Of a DNA stretch of 64,000 bases, positions 45,294 through 58,309 are shown in pieces (positions within the stretch are counted from its first letter, which is position 1; every line of letters begins with the position of its first letter). The translations under genes were made by a program, and so were the position numbers. This DNA comes from Macrostomum lignano (taxonomy: Eukaryota), in assembly GCA_002269645.1 (NCBI GenBank), contig NIVC01000059.1, positions 434,001 to 498,000 on the forward strand, in the 5' to 3' direction. A model generated the notes under the pieces. That model was not told where the DNA came from, ran no database searches, and was given only the letters and a program-made list of their open reading frames with translations.

Positions 45294-48065
45294 TCAGTAA
45301 TAGATGTGTGTGGCCCGAGGTAAGTGAGTCTGGCCCGCGTGAAGGCGGACAGATGCTGACGAAATGCTCAGCGTTTCGTCACCTGAGTTGCAGAAACTGC
45401 AGGTGGCGTTGGTGGCGTTGCCCTGCAGGTACTGGTGCCTGGAGAAGCAGCCGTGACCAGAGAGGGTCATGGTGGCAGCCCGGATGTCTCTGCGCGAGAG
45501 GCGCAAGAGGAGCTTCCGGAGCTGGTGAGAGGGCTGAGGGACAGCGCCTCTGGATTGCCTGCAGTTCGTGCGGTTCGCCCAAGTCGAGCGGTGCTGAGTC
45601 CTGATCCACGCTTTGATGCGCGAGTCGATGACACAGCCAGGAATCGGGACAAGAGGTTCGGGGCCGAGAGAGGAGCCGGAGGCACCAACTTTTGCAAGGG
45701 TGTCAGCCAACTCATTTCTCGGATCCCCACATGCCCCGGAACCCACTTAAGGGTAATTTTGTTGGCGGAACCCAACACGTTGAGGAGTTTGATACAGTCG
45801 AGGACTGTAGCAGAGTTGGTGCTGCAGCCACTGATGGCGTGCAAGGCAGCTTGGCTGTCCGAATGGAAAATGATGTTCTTACCAGTAACGCCAGTGGCGA
45901 GAAGCTCTGCAGTGCAGGAGCTGATGGCCAGAACTTCATTTTGGAAAACACTGGAGTTGACCCCAGTGTATTGAGCGTGGATAGCGATGACCCTCCCGTT
46001 CAGAAAGATTCCAACACCAAAGCCGGTGTTGGCTGACTGCTTAGAACCGTCGGTGTAGCAATGAAGCTCACCAGGGTTCCATTGGTCATTGATGTTATCG
46101 CGCGGGTCGATAGCTACGGAGTAGCGCTGTCTCAGGTTGAGCGTTGAGGCAATGCCATCGGTGAAGACGCGATTGGCCTGACACTCGTTGAGAAAGTTGA
46201 GGCACAGATCGCTATGCGGGACAAGGTTCCGCTTAGCAGGTGCTCTCATGTAAATGAATTTGACGCCGGCATCAATTAGACGCCGCGTCGTTCTAGCCGC
46301 CTCACCCCTGATGAAGAGGTCAAGAGGCGGAAGATTAAGGAAGGCCCCCATGCCAGCAAAGGGCGTGGACCTGGTGGCGTTGCAGATGAGCCTACACGCT
46401 CTGCCTTGGATCGTGTTGAGCAGGTCTGCATGGCTTTTGACCTGGGTAGCGCTAACCCAGACAACAGAGGCGTACGTAATGGCAGGTCTAACTACGGAAG
46501 TATAGATCCACCAAAGCCGCTTTGGGGATAGACCCCAAGAAGTGCCAAGTGCTCGTCGGAGCTGGGCCAGGATGGCTGAGGCACGCTTGGCTTTTGCTTT
46601 CACGTGGAGGACCAGTTGAGCCGGTGGTCAAGTATGACCCGAGACATCTGGTCTGGTGCGCGAAGGCAATATCTCTGCCGTAGAGCTGCAGAGGATGTAT
46701 GTTCCAGCGTAGTCTGCTGGTAAACATAATGGCAACGGTTTTGGGCTCAGAGAGTTCCAGACCATTGTCATTGGCCCAGGATTCTGCTTTGCGGATAAAG
46801 CTCTGCATCAGATCCCTGAGCGTGCTGGGAGACGGTCCTGCCACAATGGCCGTGAAGTCATCAGCATACCCGACTTTGAAGACGGGGTCAGGTCGGGAGT
46901 CACTCAAAAGAGCGTCCATGACCAGGTTCCAGAGCGTCGGGGTGAGGACTCCGCCTTGGGGTCCAAACTTACAGACTCTGGTGGAGGCAGTTTGCCCAAG
47001 AAGTTGGGCAGTGACCGTACGGTTGGAGATCATGTACATGATCCACCGTATGAGGGTAGCATGAGCTTTGCGATTTTGAAGGGCCCTCTGAAACGCTTCA
47101 AAGATAACGTTGTCGAAGGCGCCAACAATGTCAAGAAAGAGAGCCAGAGCGTAACCGTCACCCTTGCCTTTGTAGGCGCGAGCAGGACAAGCCGCTACGT
47201 AGGCTGCAATAATGCAACCTGTCAGCGTCTCAGCCATATGATCCACATCCTCGCAGGTCTCAATCGGACGTAAGTCCGTGAGTTCCTGCAGGTGCAGATC
47301 AAGGGCAGCCTTGTAGGCCGCCCAATCAGTGTTGCGGATATTGCGCCTCCAAGTGATCGGAGACTGGGTTTTAGTGTCCGCGATGTTAAAGGCGATAAAG
47401 CAGTGGTCAGACAGGGAGGGCTCCTCAGACCAGACTCTCCACTCCTCAACTCTGTAAAAGAGTCTTGGGGTAACGAGTGTGGCGTCGAGGACCTCGGTCC
47501 ATCTGCCATTATTAAAGGTAGGAGTGCTGCCGCGGTTGCAGAGCATGAGGTTTGTGTTAGAGATGAGGGCCAGAAGCTCCTCTCCTCTTGTGTTGGTATC
47601 TTTGCTGCCCCAGTGCTTGTGGTGCGCGTTGAGGTCGCCCCCTAAGCACAGCTCAGCGTTCTGGGACTCGCAGTACTGCGCGAGGCGCAGTAAACTCTCA
47701 GGAGCAGGGTCTCTGTCGCCTGGGATATAAACCGAGGCAACAAGACACGTACGCGGAGAGAAATGATTAGATTGGATGACGCAAAGGTCTCCATCAGAGA
47801 GATCAGTCCTCAGCCAAGCCTGGAGATGGCTAGCAGCGAGGATAGCCGCTCTAGGGCGGCTGTTCCCGGGCCACACATAAAAATCAGAGTAGCCAGAGGG
47901 AATGTTGGGCAACTTACCGTTGCGCATCCAGGGTTCCTGGATCAGGATGAGGCCTGGCCTGTACAGCTCAGCAATCTTCATCAGATTTACTGACGCAGAT
48001 ACGCAATGCTGTAAATTAATTTGCAGACAGAATGTCGCTCCTTTGGCAGCGTGGAGCTTATTCAT
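45294..48065 (-). pseudogene. LINE ORF2 (APE endonuclease, RT, RNase H), two frameshifts and an internal RT deletion
   Basis: LQINLQH, LIQEPW, GGDLNAHH, SDHC; FLDIVGAFD, PQGGVL, YADD; YTDGSK, FHSDSQAAL, WVPGHVG. Confidence 0.9.
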
Positions 48066-48381
48066 ACTGTATTAAATGCAATTTCTGGCTAGAGCCCAGG
48101 GCCATCAAGGAGACTTGGACAACAGATCGTCCTCGTCCCAGGCCGCTGGGGCTTGACTGGGAGATGGGAGTTGGTCGACGTCCATGGCCTCCTCACCCCC
48201 ACCGGCCCCCCAGCAGAGTCCTCAGGCTCCGATGACAGGATGGAGGAAGCTTCCTCACCTGCATCTTTACCTTCAGACCCCACCAGGGTGGCTGAGGAGA
48301 GCTCGGATTCCGAAGACCCGGCCTCGTCCTCAACTCCTTCTCCGACTGGCAGGTTTGGTTCCCGGGGCTTGGCCGGAGCCG

Positions 48382-49608
48382 TTACCGCGGTCGCCGAACT
48401 GCTGCTAGCAGAGGGGCGAGATGCAGCTTTGGCTTTGGGATCGGCTTGCGCCTTTCCTTGGGCCTTAGACTGCGCCCCGCTCTTGCCGGAGATGCCGGGG
48501 TTGGCAGTAGCCTTCCCTTTGGCAGACTTTCCTCGCGCATCTTGAGCTTGAGGGCACCCAGCTGGAAAGAGGATCCATTAGGGTACCGACTCGCCCAAGT
48601 GCTGGAAAGGCCGAGGACAATTGAGTTGCCCGTCTCCCCCCTGCGGACTTTACGGTGATACACCAGTCCACTAGCAGGGAGGTCGGGGTTCAGACGCAGT
48701 AGGACCCGGCGAATAACGTCTGGTCCAGCTGCGGTGCTCTTAGCAGGGACGAAAACCACATAGGGTATCGTCTTTGGACGCTGGCCCTCGCTAAGAAAAA
48801 GAGCTCCGCCAAGGTCAGCATCCAAGGAGACCGTCGGTAGCCGCTGGAGCAGCCGCCGAGCGTCCTCCTCGCTGCTAGGAGCAATAAGAACGAATGTGCT
48901 TCGCAGCACCATCCGCTCAATGCCGATGGAGATTCCCTCCTCGACAGTCAGCTCAATCAGATAGGAGTCAACAGCACTCCACACTTTTTGAAGCTGATCA
49001 GTGGTCCAGTCCTGGTCGCGATCTTGGATGATCACTCCCGGGATTTTGGCCTTGGCCTTCGCCGCAAAGGTAGCTCCCGAAGGAACCTCCTTGTTGGCAG
49101 TGGCCATTTGTTGCGCCGTGGTTTCGGCCTCAGCAGCCGCGGCAGCAGCTCCAGGGAGCGCCGCCGCTGAACTACTGGAGCTTCCACCGGCCGGCCCGCC
49201 TGGTTGCCTTGGGACTCCAGTCGCTTCAGCATCCATGGTGGACGCCGCCGCTTTGGCCCCCGCGGCTCCCTTCTTGGCCTGCCTTTTGGCGCGTTGTTTA
49301 GCGCGTTTGCGCTCAAGCCGAGCCCGCTGAGCTTCATCGGATCTGCCAGATTTAGCCGGTCCTTTAGGCTCAGAGCTTGCGGTTCCCTTAGATCCACCAG
49401 CGGAGCTGGCAGGTCTTTGGGTATTTTGAGTTTGGTAGCTCTGGTCGGATCTGCCAGCAGAGCCAGCCGGTCCTTCCTTTGCCACAGTTGAATCAGTCGG
49501 TTGGGATCTGCCAGCAGGGCCGGCCGGTCCTTCGGACTGAGGTTGGGGTTTAGAAGGGTCCCCGTCCCTAGAGTTAGCTTGATTATCCATAGACGGCTCG
49601 AAGGCCAT
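48382..49608 (-). CDS. LINE ORF1 (basic coiled region + DUF4780-like C-terminal domain)
   Basis: Open frame from MAFEPSM upstream of ORF2; RRVLLRLNPDLP..IVLGL resembles R1/LOA ORF1 as recalled. Confidence 0.7.
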   Translation of the reverse strand: MAFEPSMDNQANSRDGDPSKPQPQSEGPAGPAGRSQPTDSTVAKEGPAGSAGRSDQSYQTQNTQRPASSAGGSKGTASSEPKGPAKSGRSDEAQRARLERKRAKQRAKRQAKKGAAGAKAAASTMDAEATGVPRQPGGPAGGSSSSSAAALPGAAAAAAEAETTAQQMATANKEVPSGATFAAKAKAKIPGVIIQDRDQDWTTDQLQKVWSAVDSYLIELTVEEGISIGIERMVLRSTFVLIAPSSEEDARRLLQRLPTVSLDADLGGALFLSEGQRPKTIPYVVFVPAKSTAAGPDVIRRVLLRLNPDLPASGLVYHRKVRRGETGNSIVLGLSSTWASRYPNGSSFQLGALKLKMREESLPKGRLLPTPASPARAGRSLRPKERRKPIPKPKLHLAPLLAAVRRPR

Positions 49609-50457
49609 GATAAAAGGTTGGTGGGCTACCCTCAAAGGGGCGCGGTACCCACCCGGCCGCTCCACCTGACCGGGCAGTAGGCCAATAGCACCCTCAAGGC
49701 TGGCCCGACACCAGGAGGGGGACCGCTTGCGACCGGACTACTCCCCGGCCTTCCAGCCCATCGGCACGGTCAACACCTTAGGCATTAGAGAGTACGTTGA
49801 GCAGTACCACGGCCTGCAGGTTGGCGAGCCAGACCCGCATACCCAAATTCGGCCGAAGCCACTGGATAGGGTCGCCAGCGCCGGAGCCCAGTCTGTCCAG
49901 CAGCCCTAGGGACTGCCTTGAACACACGCGGGGACGAGTACCCTGGGTCGACTTGCGAGACAGCGTGGGGGGGGTCTGCGGCTGCCAGAGGCAAATAGAG
50001 GGTGCAGACCTCCCACCAGCCTTGACCTGCTGAAGATAGGGGCAGGCGTGAAGCATCGCAGACCTTAGCCCATGGGCCTAGTCTGTCTCATACTTCACTG
50101 GCATGCTGAATACGCCTTCGCGTGCATTTTTTGTAAAGTAGTTAACAATAGTGCAAACTTTTAGAGTCGGGATGCAATTCACGCGGTTAGAACTCATACA
50201 TGTAGTTCACAAGACTTTGTTAGTTTCTTCAGGTAAATCTTTTTGCGTTTTTATTTTCTATAATTTGCTTTTTAGACTTTCAAATGCTCTTCGTAAAAAA
50301 TCAGGCAAAACTCAGGTTTGAAACATTTCAGCTTTTCTTTGGCTTGAATACATGGATAGGTTATGTTTCGTTCAAAAAGTCAAGAAGCATCTTTCCTACA
50401 GCCGGTGCGTCACACTGAACGGCCGTGCAGATGCGACAGTTCAATACGCTGTCTGTC

Positions 50458-50654
<197 letters not shown>

Positions 50655-51004
50655 GGACAAGGGCCAAAGTACAGCAATCTGTGGCGCGCCGAAAGAAGCC
50701 GTGGAAAAAGCAGAATACAGAGTGCAGTGAGCTTTCTCTTCCAAAAAATGCTGTCAAAGAATCGAGAGAGATTATTGAGGCTTACAATGTAGAGCGAGGG
50801 AGTTTGGCGGGCATTCGCGGACGACCTCGCGAAGTCGAGATATTATCCTGTATTTAATTCCGATTATTAATTAAGCTGCAAGGCCTAAAAAAAGAAGAGA
50901 AACAAAAATCGCAGATTGGCTAACTTTTGCTATGGATGGACTCAGTGGTCAATAATAAAGTTGTTAGCTGCCGCCTGTGAAGCGGCTCATTCTCTCCTAA
51001 AAGG

Positions 51005-51260
51005 AAAATGAGAAAAGGGGAGAGAAAGGATGAGTGAGAAGAGACATGAGAGAGAGGAAGGATGAGAGGGGAGATAGAAGAGAAAAGAGGGAGGGGAGTA
51101 GAGAGAGGACAGGAGAGAGGAGAGCTGGAGAGGGCATGATCGAGAGAGTAGAGGGAGAGAGTAGGGGGAGAGAGGGCAGGAGAGAGGAGGGCTGGAGAGG
51201 GCAGGAGAGAGGAGGGAAGAGAGGAGAGGGGGAGAGGGCAGGAGAGAGAGGAGAGGGTAG
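51005..51260. repeat. Polypurine (GA-rich) low-complexity tract
   Basis: About 250 nt, almost all A/G on the + strand. Confidence 0.9.
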
Positions 51261-51369
51261 TAAAATGCGAGCAGCAAAATATTTTAATTCAAACGAAACC
51301 GCAATGTAACTCGCACAAAATTGAATCTTAACAAATTAAAGGACACGAACACAGACTTAAAACTGGGCC

Positions 51370-53560
51370 ACATAGAAATCAGGCGGCCTTCGGTCCCTCC
51401 CAGACCGGGAGCCTCCGGCTCCTTGAAGAGAGCTCCTCCCAGTTCTGCCGCAGGTCACCGTCGCCGTCCAGGCTCTCCGGGCTGTCGGGAGGCGAAGTCA
51501 AAACAGGCGGCGGGCCGGCCCCCTGGGGCCGCTGCGGTGTGAAGGCCTTCAGGCGGTCGTGGTGCACCATCGGGCTCGGCCGTCACCCGGTGCGCTTGGA
51601 GATGCGGTAGGTGATGGGCCCCAGCTTTTCCAGGACTCTGTAGGGTCCCAGCTACCGCTGCCGCAGCGCCTTGCCCTTCCGCATCGCCGTGTTGCTGAGC
51701 AGCACCAGCTGGCCCACCCGAAGCGGCGCGAAGTTGGCGCGCTTGTCGTACTGCCGCTTCCTTGATGACTGGGGCTCGTGCACCAGCTGCAGACCGGGCC
51801 GGGCGTCGGCCAACTCGTCGGGCCCACCCTGCTGCTCTCCAGTGGTGGGCAAGCTGAGCTCCATCGGTATCCGGGGGTCGCGACCTTGCAGCACTGTGTA
51901 CGGCGACAGCTTGGTGGTGCTGTGGACGGACGAGTTGTACGCCCAGATGACGAACGGCAGGTAGTGCGCCCACCGATCTTGCTGCTCCGTGCAGTAGGCG
52001 GCCAGCATGTCACCGAGCCTACGGTTGAACCGCTGGATTGCCGCTCGGGTGTAACGGTGTCGTCCTGGTCTTGCGAATGTCCAGCACGAGGCACAACTCG
52101 CGGAAAGCCTCGCTCTTGAACTGGCGGCCTTGGTCGGAGTGGATGACCTCCGGTGACTCATGCCAAGAATGACGCTCAGCAGCATCGCCTGGGCCACCGT
52201 CTTCGCTGACTGGGACCGCCTCGACCCACTTGGAAAACACATCGGTGAAGCAGATGATGTATGTAAGGCCGGTATCGGTGGCTGGCAGGGGCCCCTTGAT
52301 GTCCACCTGCACGATCTCCCAGGGCAGTGACGGCACCGAGTTGCACTGCAGCGGCGCCCGCTGATGCTGATGAGGTAGGTACCTTGCGACTCTGGCAGTT
52401 CTCGCAGCTGCCCACTCAGTACTGCACGTCCTCCTTGATGCTCGGCCACCAGCCCTTGCCGTTGATCCTTGCCAGAGTTCTTGTCCCTCAACGGCCAGCG
52501 GTTGGCTTGCGCCAAGTGGGAAAACCCTTGTGCTGCAGCTGCAGGGCTCGATCCTGGTGCCCGGGTTGCTGATCCGCCTGAAGGTGCACAGGTCGAGCAC
52601 GTTGCAGCTCCCTCCGCTGTCGATGAGCGCCCTGACTGCATGGCCGTTGATGCTGATGACGAACTTTGCGCTCCCGTTCTTGTCTTCCAGCGTGCCGAAC
52701 ACTTCCTCGCATGACTGGTCGGTCGGCTCGTCCGAGTCGTGGCCAAGTGCGTTGATGCGCGAACGGCTACTGAGACAGGCCTTAGCGAGGTGGTTCATCT
52801 TGCCACAGCTATCGCACTTCTTGCCCTGGACCTTGTTGCAGCTTCGGTGTCCAGACTCTCCGCAGCGGATGCATTTGCTGTCAGTCTTTGGCGGCTCGCG
52901 GACTGGCTGACCCACCTGGCTGGCGGCGGCGCGGTATGTTGACGTCTTCGGAGGTGGCAGCGCTTTTCGACATGATGGCGGCTTGCTTTTCGGCCGCCTC
53001 GTGAGTTCTTGCCAGCTGTAGAGTATCTGCGAGGCTGATGTTCGGCACGTTTAAGAGTCGCTTCCTGAGGGCGTCGCTGCGGCAACAGGCCACGATTTGA
53101 TATCGGATCAGTGACTGCTGCAGGTCTCCAAACTGGCACGCTTCTGATGCGCTCCACAGTCTGCTGTACAATGAGTTGATCTGTTCGCCATCCTCTTGAA
53201 GGCAATTCCGGAATTGATATCTGATGAAGACGACATTGTCGCGGCCTTTAAACTGTTTGTTGAAAGTCTCGATAAGTGTTTGCACTATAGCCTTCTGCGA
53301 TAGCTTCGCTGTTTGCGATCTCTTTGTACATATCGCTGATTTCCTTTCCGGCCGTGTAGAGCAGAACTTCCCGCTTTTGGGCCTCATTGGTGATGCCGCT
53401 GGCCGCCAGGTAGCGCTGTAGGTTGTCAGCCCATTCTTGCAAACGTTTGCTGACTGTGTGTGGGTTTTCTCTAATGCTGAATGATGCTGGGGCGGCAGTT
53501 GCAAGGCCATGGCTCTCTTTTGTGATGCCAATGTAATTGCTATGGCAAAAAGAGACCGGA
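51370..53560 (-). mobile_element. Degenerate Gypsy remnant: gag, zinc knuckles, protease and integrase, lacking RT and RNase H
   Basis: WADNLQRYL..REVLL; YQFRNCLQ; CIRCGESGH..CDSCGKMNH; LIDSGGS; VDIKGPLP, FSKWVEAVP, HSDQGRQF, TTPLHP; ..TTACA|TTGGCATC LTR-end/PBS-like junction near 53532. Confidence 0.85.
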
Positions 53561-54491
53561 GTGCAGTGCTGAGACGAAATATGAAGTCCTGCTAGGTGGG
53601 CTGATCGATATTTATTTATTTTCAGACGATAAATAATGATCACGCCGCCAGAGTGGGGGTAGCGAATCTCTGCACTTAAATTGCATGAATTGTACGTACT
53701 GTACGAAAGGCCGATGTACACACGAGCTATATATTGGGGCTCGCGTGAGCACTACAGACAGAAGAGAGGAGGGGGAGAGGACAGAGGAGAGAGCCATGAG
53801 CCATTGCTCATGGGGATTTGCTTATGAGGATTTTCAGTCCCACCTATGCTACATCGTTTCTTACCTCTAACCCCTGAACCAGGGTCTTTCCAAGCTTAGA
53901 AATGCGCAATAAGAATTATTCCGTGTCATTGAATTTTATTCCTACCTGCAGCGCATTAAAATGTTTTTGCGATGTGCCTGATAGTTCCCCATAAATAGGA
54001 ATTCTAGTGTCTACAACTGCACAGAAAGCGTACATTCCATCCATACGTTTTTTCTGAAGCGAATGTTAACTTTGATGCGAGCAGATGTAGTGTACGTAGA
54101 GGCTTGGTAATTCAAAGAGAAATATGGCAATCAATACTTAAAGTTTTTTTACGAATATTTTTAGTGAAATTTGCCTTCACCCTGGATCGTCCCCAAAAAC
54201 TGCGTTTTGTATTATTGCTTTTTGCAGCCCATTCGGGCTTACGCGCATTGAATTTAATCCAAGATACGTTTGTCAAAGTAGCGGAGCTTTCGTGGAGCTT
54301 CATTGGCAAAGGCTGCAGAGGAGCATCATCATCCCTAGAATTGTGGACCCTATGCTAGGCTGTCGAGCGAATGCCATTGGCTTGTGATCGAAGCGTTGGA
54401 CATTGCAAGGTTGTAAGATTGCGTTGAAACCACTGCCGGCAGATATCACTTGCTAGAGGGTAGCAATCGTCAAGGCAAGTTGCTCAAGATC

Positions 54492-54851
54492 CATGGATGA
54501 AGGAATAGAAAGGATCGCTCATCTGAAAGCGAGTCTACGGCCAAGACTTCTTTAAAATTGGGATGTTCCCCCCATGAATTTCATTGGCTGCTGGAATTTA
54601 ATAATAGTCCCCCCTAAATTCTTACTGGCTGCAGCTTGTACGCGGGGGAAATTCCAAAGTCACGATTAACGTTAGACATCGTGAATTCCCCCCGCGTACA
54701 AGCTTCAGCCAGTAAGAACTTAGGGGGACTACGAGTATTATTAAATTCAAGCAGCAAATGAAATTCATGGGGCGAAATATCCCAATTTTTAGGAAGTCTT
54801 GGCCCTAGACTCGCTTACAGATGAGCGATCCTTTCTATTCCTTCATCCATG
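54492..54851. mobile_element. Palindromic MITE-like element (~170-bp imperfect arms)
   Basis: CATGGATGAAGGAATAGAAAGGATCGCTCATCTG.. is mirrored to ..CAGATGAGCGATCCTTTCTATTCCTTCATCCATG. Confidence 0.8.
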
Positions 54852-54924
54852 CTCAGATCCAACTGCTACTCGATGCAGTTGAGACCATAGATCTTGTATC
54901 TTATAGAATATAAGATCTATGGTT

Positions 54925-55130
54925 GAGACGAACCCTTTGTTGACGGTGCAGAAAATACAGCAGAAGTTGAAGGAACAGTTCCAGTTGGTTATCAAATTTC
55001 GGAAAAGCGACTGAAAATGGTTCGTAGAGACGCTGATATTCCACCGGTACGCAACAACCCACAGAGGATTGCGAGAAGGCAGGAGTTTGCCGAATGGCTC
55101 ACAATCAGCGTTTGGACCAAATTGATGCTT
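54925..55130 (+). pseudogene. Tc1/IS630-like transposase remnant
   Basis: ETNPLLTVQKIQQKLKEQF, then after a frameshift VRNNPQRIARRQEFAEWL; similar to the fragment at 7598-7957. Confidence 0.5.
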
Positions 55131-55374
55131 GTTGGACCAAATTAAATACCGCTTTGCCAGCCTTGCCACCATAGACAAAAGCTCCATTGCATTTATAGCA
55201 AAAACCTATCCTGGATTAAATTCATTCTTATTTGAGCCAGCGTGCGGGAATGAAGGCAGTCGTGCAGGAATGATACAATCCACGTAGGCTCAAGTGGGCG
55301 TCAAAAAGCTTATATTAATCGTCTCACAACCAGCGCTGAGCAATTCTGCCCTTTCCGCTGATTCCTGGGCGCAT

Positions 55375-55556
55375 GTAAGCGCGCCAGGAATCGAACCAGG
55401 GGTTGTGGCACGAGATTTAGACGCGTTTACCACTGAGCTGCTCCGCCCCGAGAAGGCTTTGGTGCTGTACATGGTAAATGTAAATTAAGTCTCTTGACAA
55501 TTCATACCCCATTCATAGAACTCATCAATACTAGCTATACTGCAGTGATTACGTCT
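55375..55556 (-). mobile_element. tRNA-derived interspersed repeat, copy A
   Basis: Minus strand has an AGCTCAGTGG A-box and a GGTTCGATTCC B-box; shares about 80 bp of extra sequence with 61865-62005. Confidence 0.65.
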
Positions 55557-56444
55557 TTTCATCGGATTGCAAGAATGCAAGATTGAACTTCAAGAAAGTG
55601 GACTCAAGAGCGTCACGCAAAAAGGCATAAAATCGGGCATGCAACTAGTGTGTGCAACACTGCTGAAACAAAAATGCTCCTTTATTTTAAACAGTACGTC
55701 ATAGAAATATCTAGATCAGCTTTCTTTCTTCAGCTACTATCTTTGAGTGGAAGTCAACCCTTTTGAGTGGAGTAGTTTGACAATCCAGTTGTTGCATATC
55801 ATCCTTGGTCTGCCCCCCCCCCCGGCAGTCTGGGTATGGATTGACTTGCGCCCTTCTCTCGCACTACACTCTGGTTTTTGTTTTTGTTTTCGCCCGCGCG
55901 AGTCACTGTATCAGTCCTAGCGGTCATTGGATACTGATCTCTAGAGTAGAAAGATAAAAGCTTAAGGAAACCCCGAGAACGGGTCAAAGAAGGCCAAATA
56001 ATAATGGCAAAAGTTTGTCCAAACAGATCAACGAAGCATCACCGAATTAAGTTCCGCCAGCGAGTTCTACTTGAGTATCGTTTCTTTAGGTGTCGTCGCG
56101 TACTCGTATTTAAATATAAAAACGTCCTTCTACTCGGTCTATGGTAAGTCGCCTACTTCGAGTCATTTTGTCTTTCCAGGAAGCTTGGTAGGCAGGGGCC
56201 GTACAGTCCCTTCTTGCCAGAGAGTCATAACGGCGTAAGAGCGGATACTATACTTTACCCATACTTATACAGTAACCATGCAGTGTATCAGCACCAGAGT
56301 GTGTCGCAACACCTCTGGTAGCAACGCGAATTTTAAGCGTCATCACGCCGTCAGCGTCAGCGTCATAGCGCCTGTCGGTATACCTGTACAATCGGCAGAG
56401 CTTGACAGCCTAAGTGCTATAAATAGTTTGTAACGCCGCTCGTG

Positions 56445-56530
56445 GCCGCTAAACAGGCCGCTAAACAGGCTGCTAAACAGGCCGCTAAACAGGCCGCTAA
56501 ACAGGCTGCTAAACAGGCTGCTAAACAGGC
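56445..56530. repeat. 12-bp minisatellite (GCTAAACAGGC[C/T])n
   Basis: About 7 units. Confidence 0.85.
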
Positions 56531-57860
56531 AAACAGAAATGAGTCCACAGAAAAGTTATTTCACATCGCAACTCATAACCGCGGCATCTTTCGTGTTTAA
56601 GCATAAGCGTCTTTAAGTCAAACCTCAGACTCCAAGATTTTGCGGCGTCTTCCAGGAGAAGTTCACAAAGCTTTGGTGAAAATCTGACTGAACAATCAAT
56701 TTCTTCAATTATCATTTCCAACCAGCGTCTAAAGCAACATCAACTCCTTATTGTTAGTTTGTAAACAAAAAAAGATTTATCGATGAAGATAGAATTGTTT
56801 ATTTAGAAGCAGTGTTGATGCTGAATTGTAGATAATTTGTTAAAACAGCTTATTTTTGTCTGCTTTTGCTAAATTTGTGCTTCAAACTTTGCTCTTAAAA
56901 AATAAACACAAAAAAACGCATTTCAACATATTGGAAAATTCATTGTTACTATTAGTAGTGACACACAGACAGAGCTTTGGCAAAAGCGATTTTACAACAA
57001 CAGCGCATAAAAATATCGATAAATGTTATGCTTTTGCTAGCAAATATTTCTGAAGGGTACAAGACAAGAGCAATTATTCTGAAACATCGAAAGATGATTG
57101 AGAACAATTGCAACATAGGTAAAGCTTTACAACAATTGCAGAGGTGTCCTTCGGTGTAACGAAATCGTATTTTATTATAAAGTCATTAACAATACAACAA
57201 CTTTGGTAGAACATTAGCCGTTTTTACGTAAAAATTTGTTATAACACTTTAGTTTTTTTTCTGCAAAAAATTTGACCGAGCTCTGCAAAAACAAAGCTGG
57301 TGGGAGTATAGGTGCATGGGATTATAGTGTGCAAAATTGAAGCTGTGTGTCAAATGGGTCAAAACATTGCTATAAATTGGTGCACGTGAAATCATGCGCT
57401 ATCCGCAATTTCGGTAGGTTAAGACTTTTATGGCTTGAGGAGACAGATTGTGGTGCATCGAGGTACCTAGAGACACATCATCGGAGTTATTGCAGAGACC
57501 CGAGGTAGGCTGCACGAAGACACTATGGAGTAGAGAAACCTAAATAGACATTAGAATTAGTGCATTTGGTAGATACTTTAGGGTACTTTCTAGGGCAGGA
57601 GAAAGCTGCTGGTCTCTGGAACATTCCTCGGAGTATGTCGCTACTTTAAGCCCAAACTTGTTTGAACATACGGACATTTGAACATCCCTAGAAGCCAAGT
57701 TGAATTGCTATAATGTAGCAAATTCAATGAATTTCAGAAACAAATCATTCGTGTTGCGCTTAATAAATCAATCTCCGAGTTTGCACCGCCTCTATGGAAC
57801 ACAATCACGAAGTGCATCCACCCAATCTTTCGAAGCCTTGTTCGTTCATTTGCGATCGTT

Positions 57861-58222
57861 TCACACCCGGCCAATCAGAACCTCCTCGTTAGCCTCGGCC
57901 GTCTTCCGGTCAGGCGCCCGATCTTCCTTGAGCTTCCGGCTGTACAGCAGGAACAGACAGGCGGCCAAACCGCTCACCACAGCCGAGGCGATGACGAACG
58001 CCAGGCTGTAGCCGAACGACCAGGACAGCACGCGGACCAGCACCCTCGCCCGTGGGGCTTGGTCGGGGCCTCTGGCATCGGAAACGGCGGCCGCTGTAGT
58101 TGGCATCGGGCTGGCACCGATGCTCGTCATTAGTTCCCGAGGAAATTTGATCAACTTCCTGTCGGCCTGCTCGGCTCGAAGGATCCGGCTGTAGACGTCG
58201 ATGCAGACGATTTGGCAGGCCA
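57861..58222 (-). CDS. Claudin/PMP22-like tetraspan protein, last exon (end of TM3, TM4, tail)
   Basis: ttgcag|TG acceptor completes ATG with the preceding phase-1 donor; ACQIVCIDV..SWSFGYSLAFVIASAVVSGLAACLFLLYSRK. Confidence 0.72.
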
Positions 58223-58309
58223 CTGCAATGGTGCAGAGTTAGGTTTCGTTGTGTCCTGGTTGCAGTGGCCTTTTCTAAACAAATGTTTTTTTGTGTGTTA
58301 TGTTTCAGG

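Larger units (their letters stand above)
45050..50090 (-). mobile_element. Non-LTR retrotransposon (R1/LOA-like, with RNase H), degenerate
   Basis: 5' UTR, ORF1 and ORF2 (APE-RT-RNase H-Cys/His tail); 3' end near a short TAAGTCAA repeat; no TSD found. Confidence 0.9.

Noticed and set aside
45308-49491. Plus-strand ORFs over the LINE, and antisense ORFs over other GC-rich genes and elements
   Set aside because: Shadow frames of GC-rich coding sequence with no recognisable motifs
49620-50090. HDV-like ribozyme in the LINE 5' UTR (TTCACG..GCCCCT resembles the CPEB3 core)
   Set aside because: No 5' P1 strand or proper P3 could be paired by eye; an RNArobo or Infernal search would be needed to revive it
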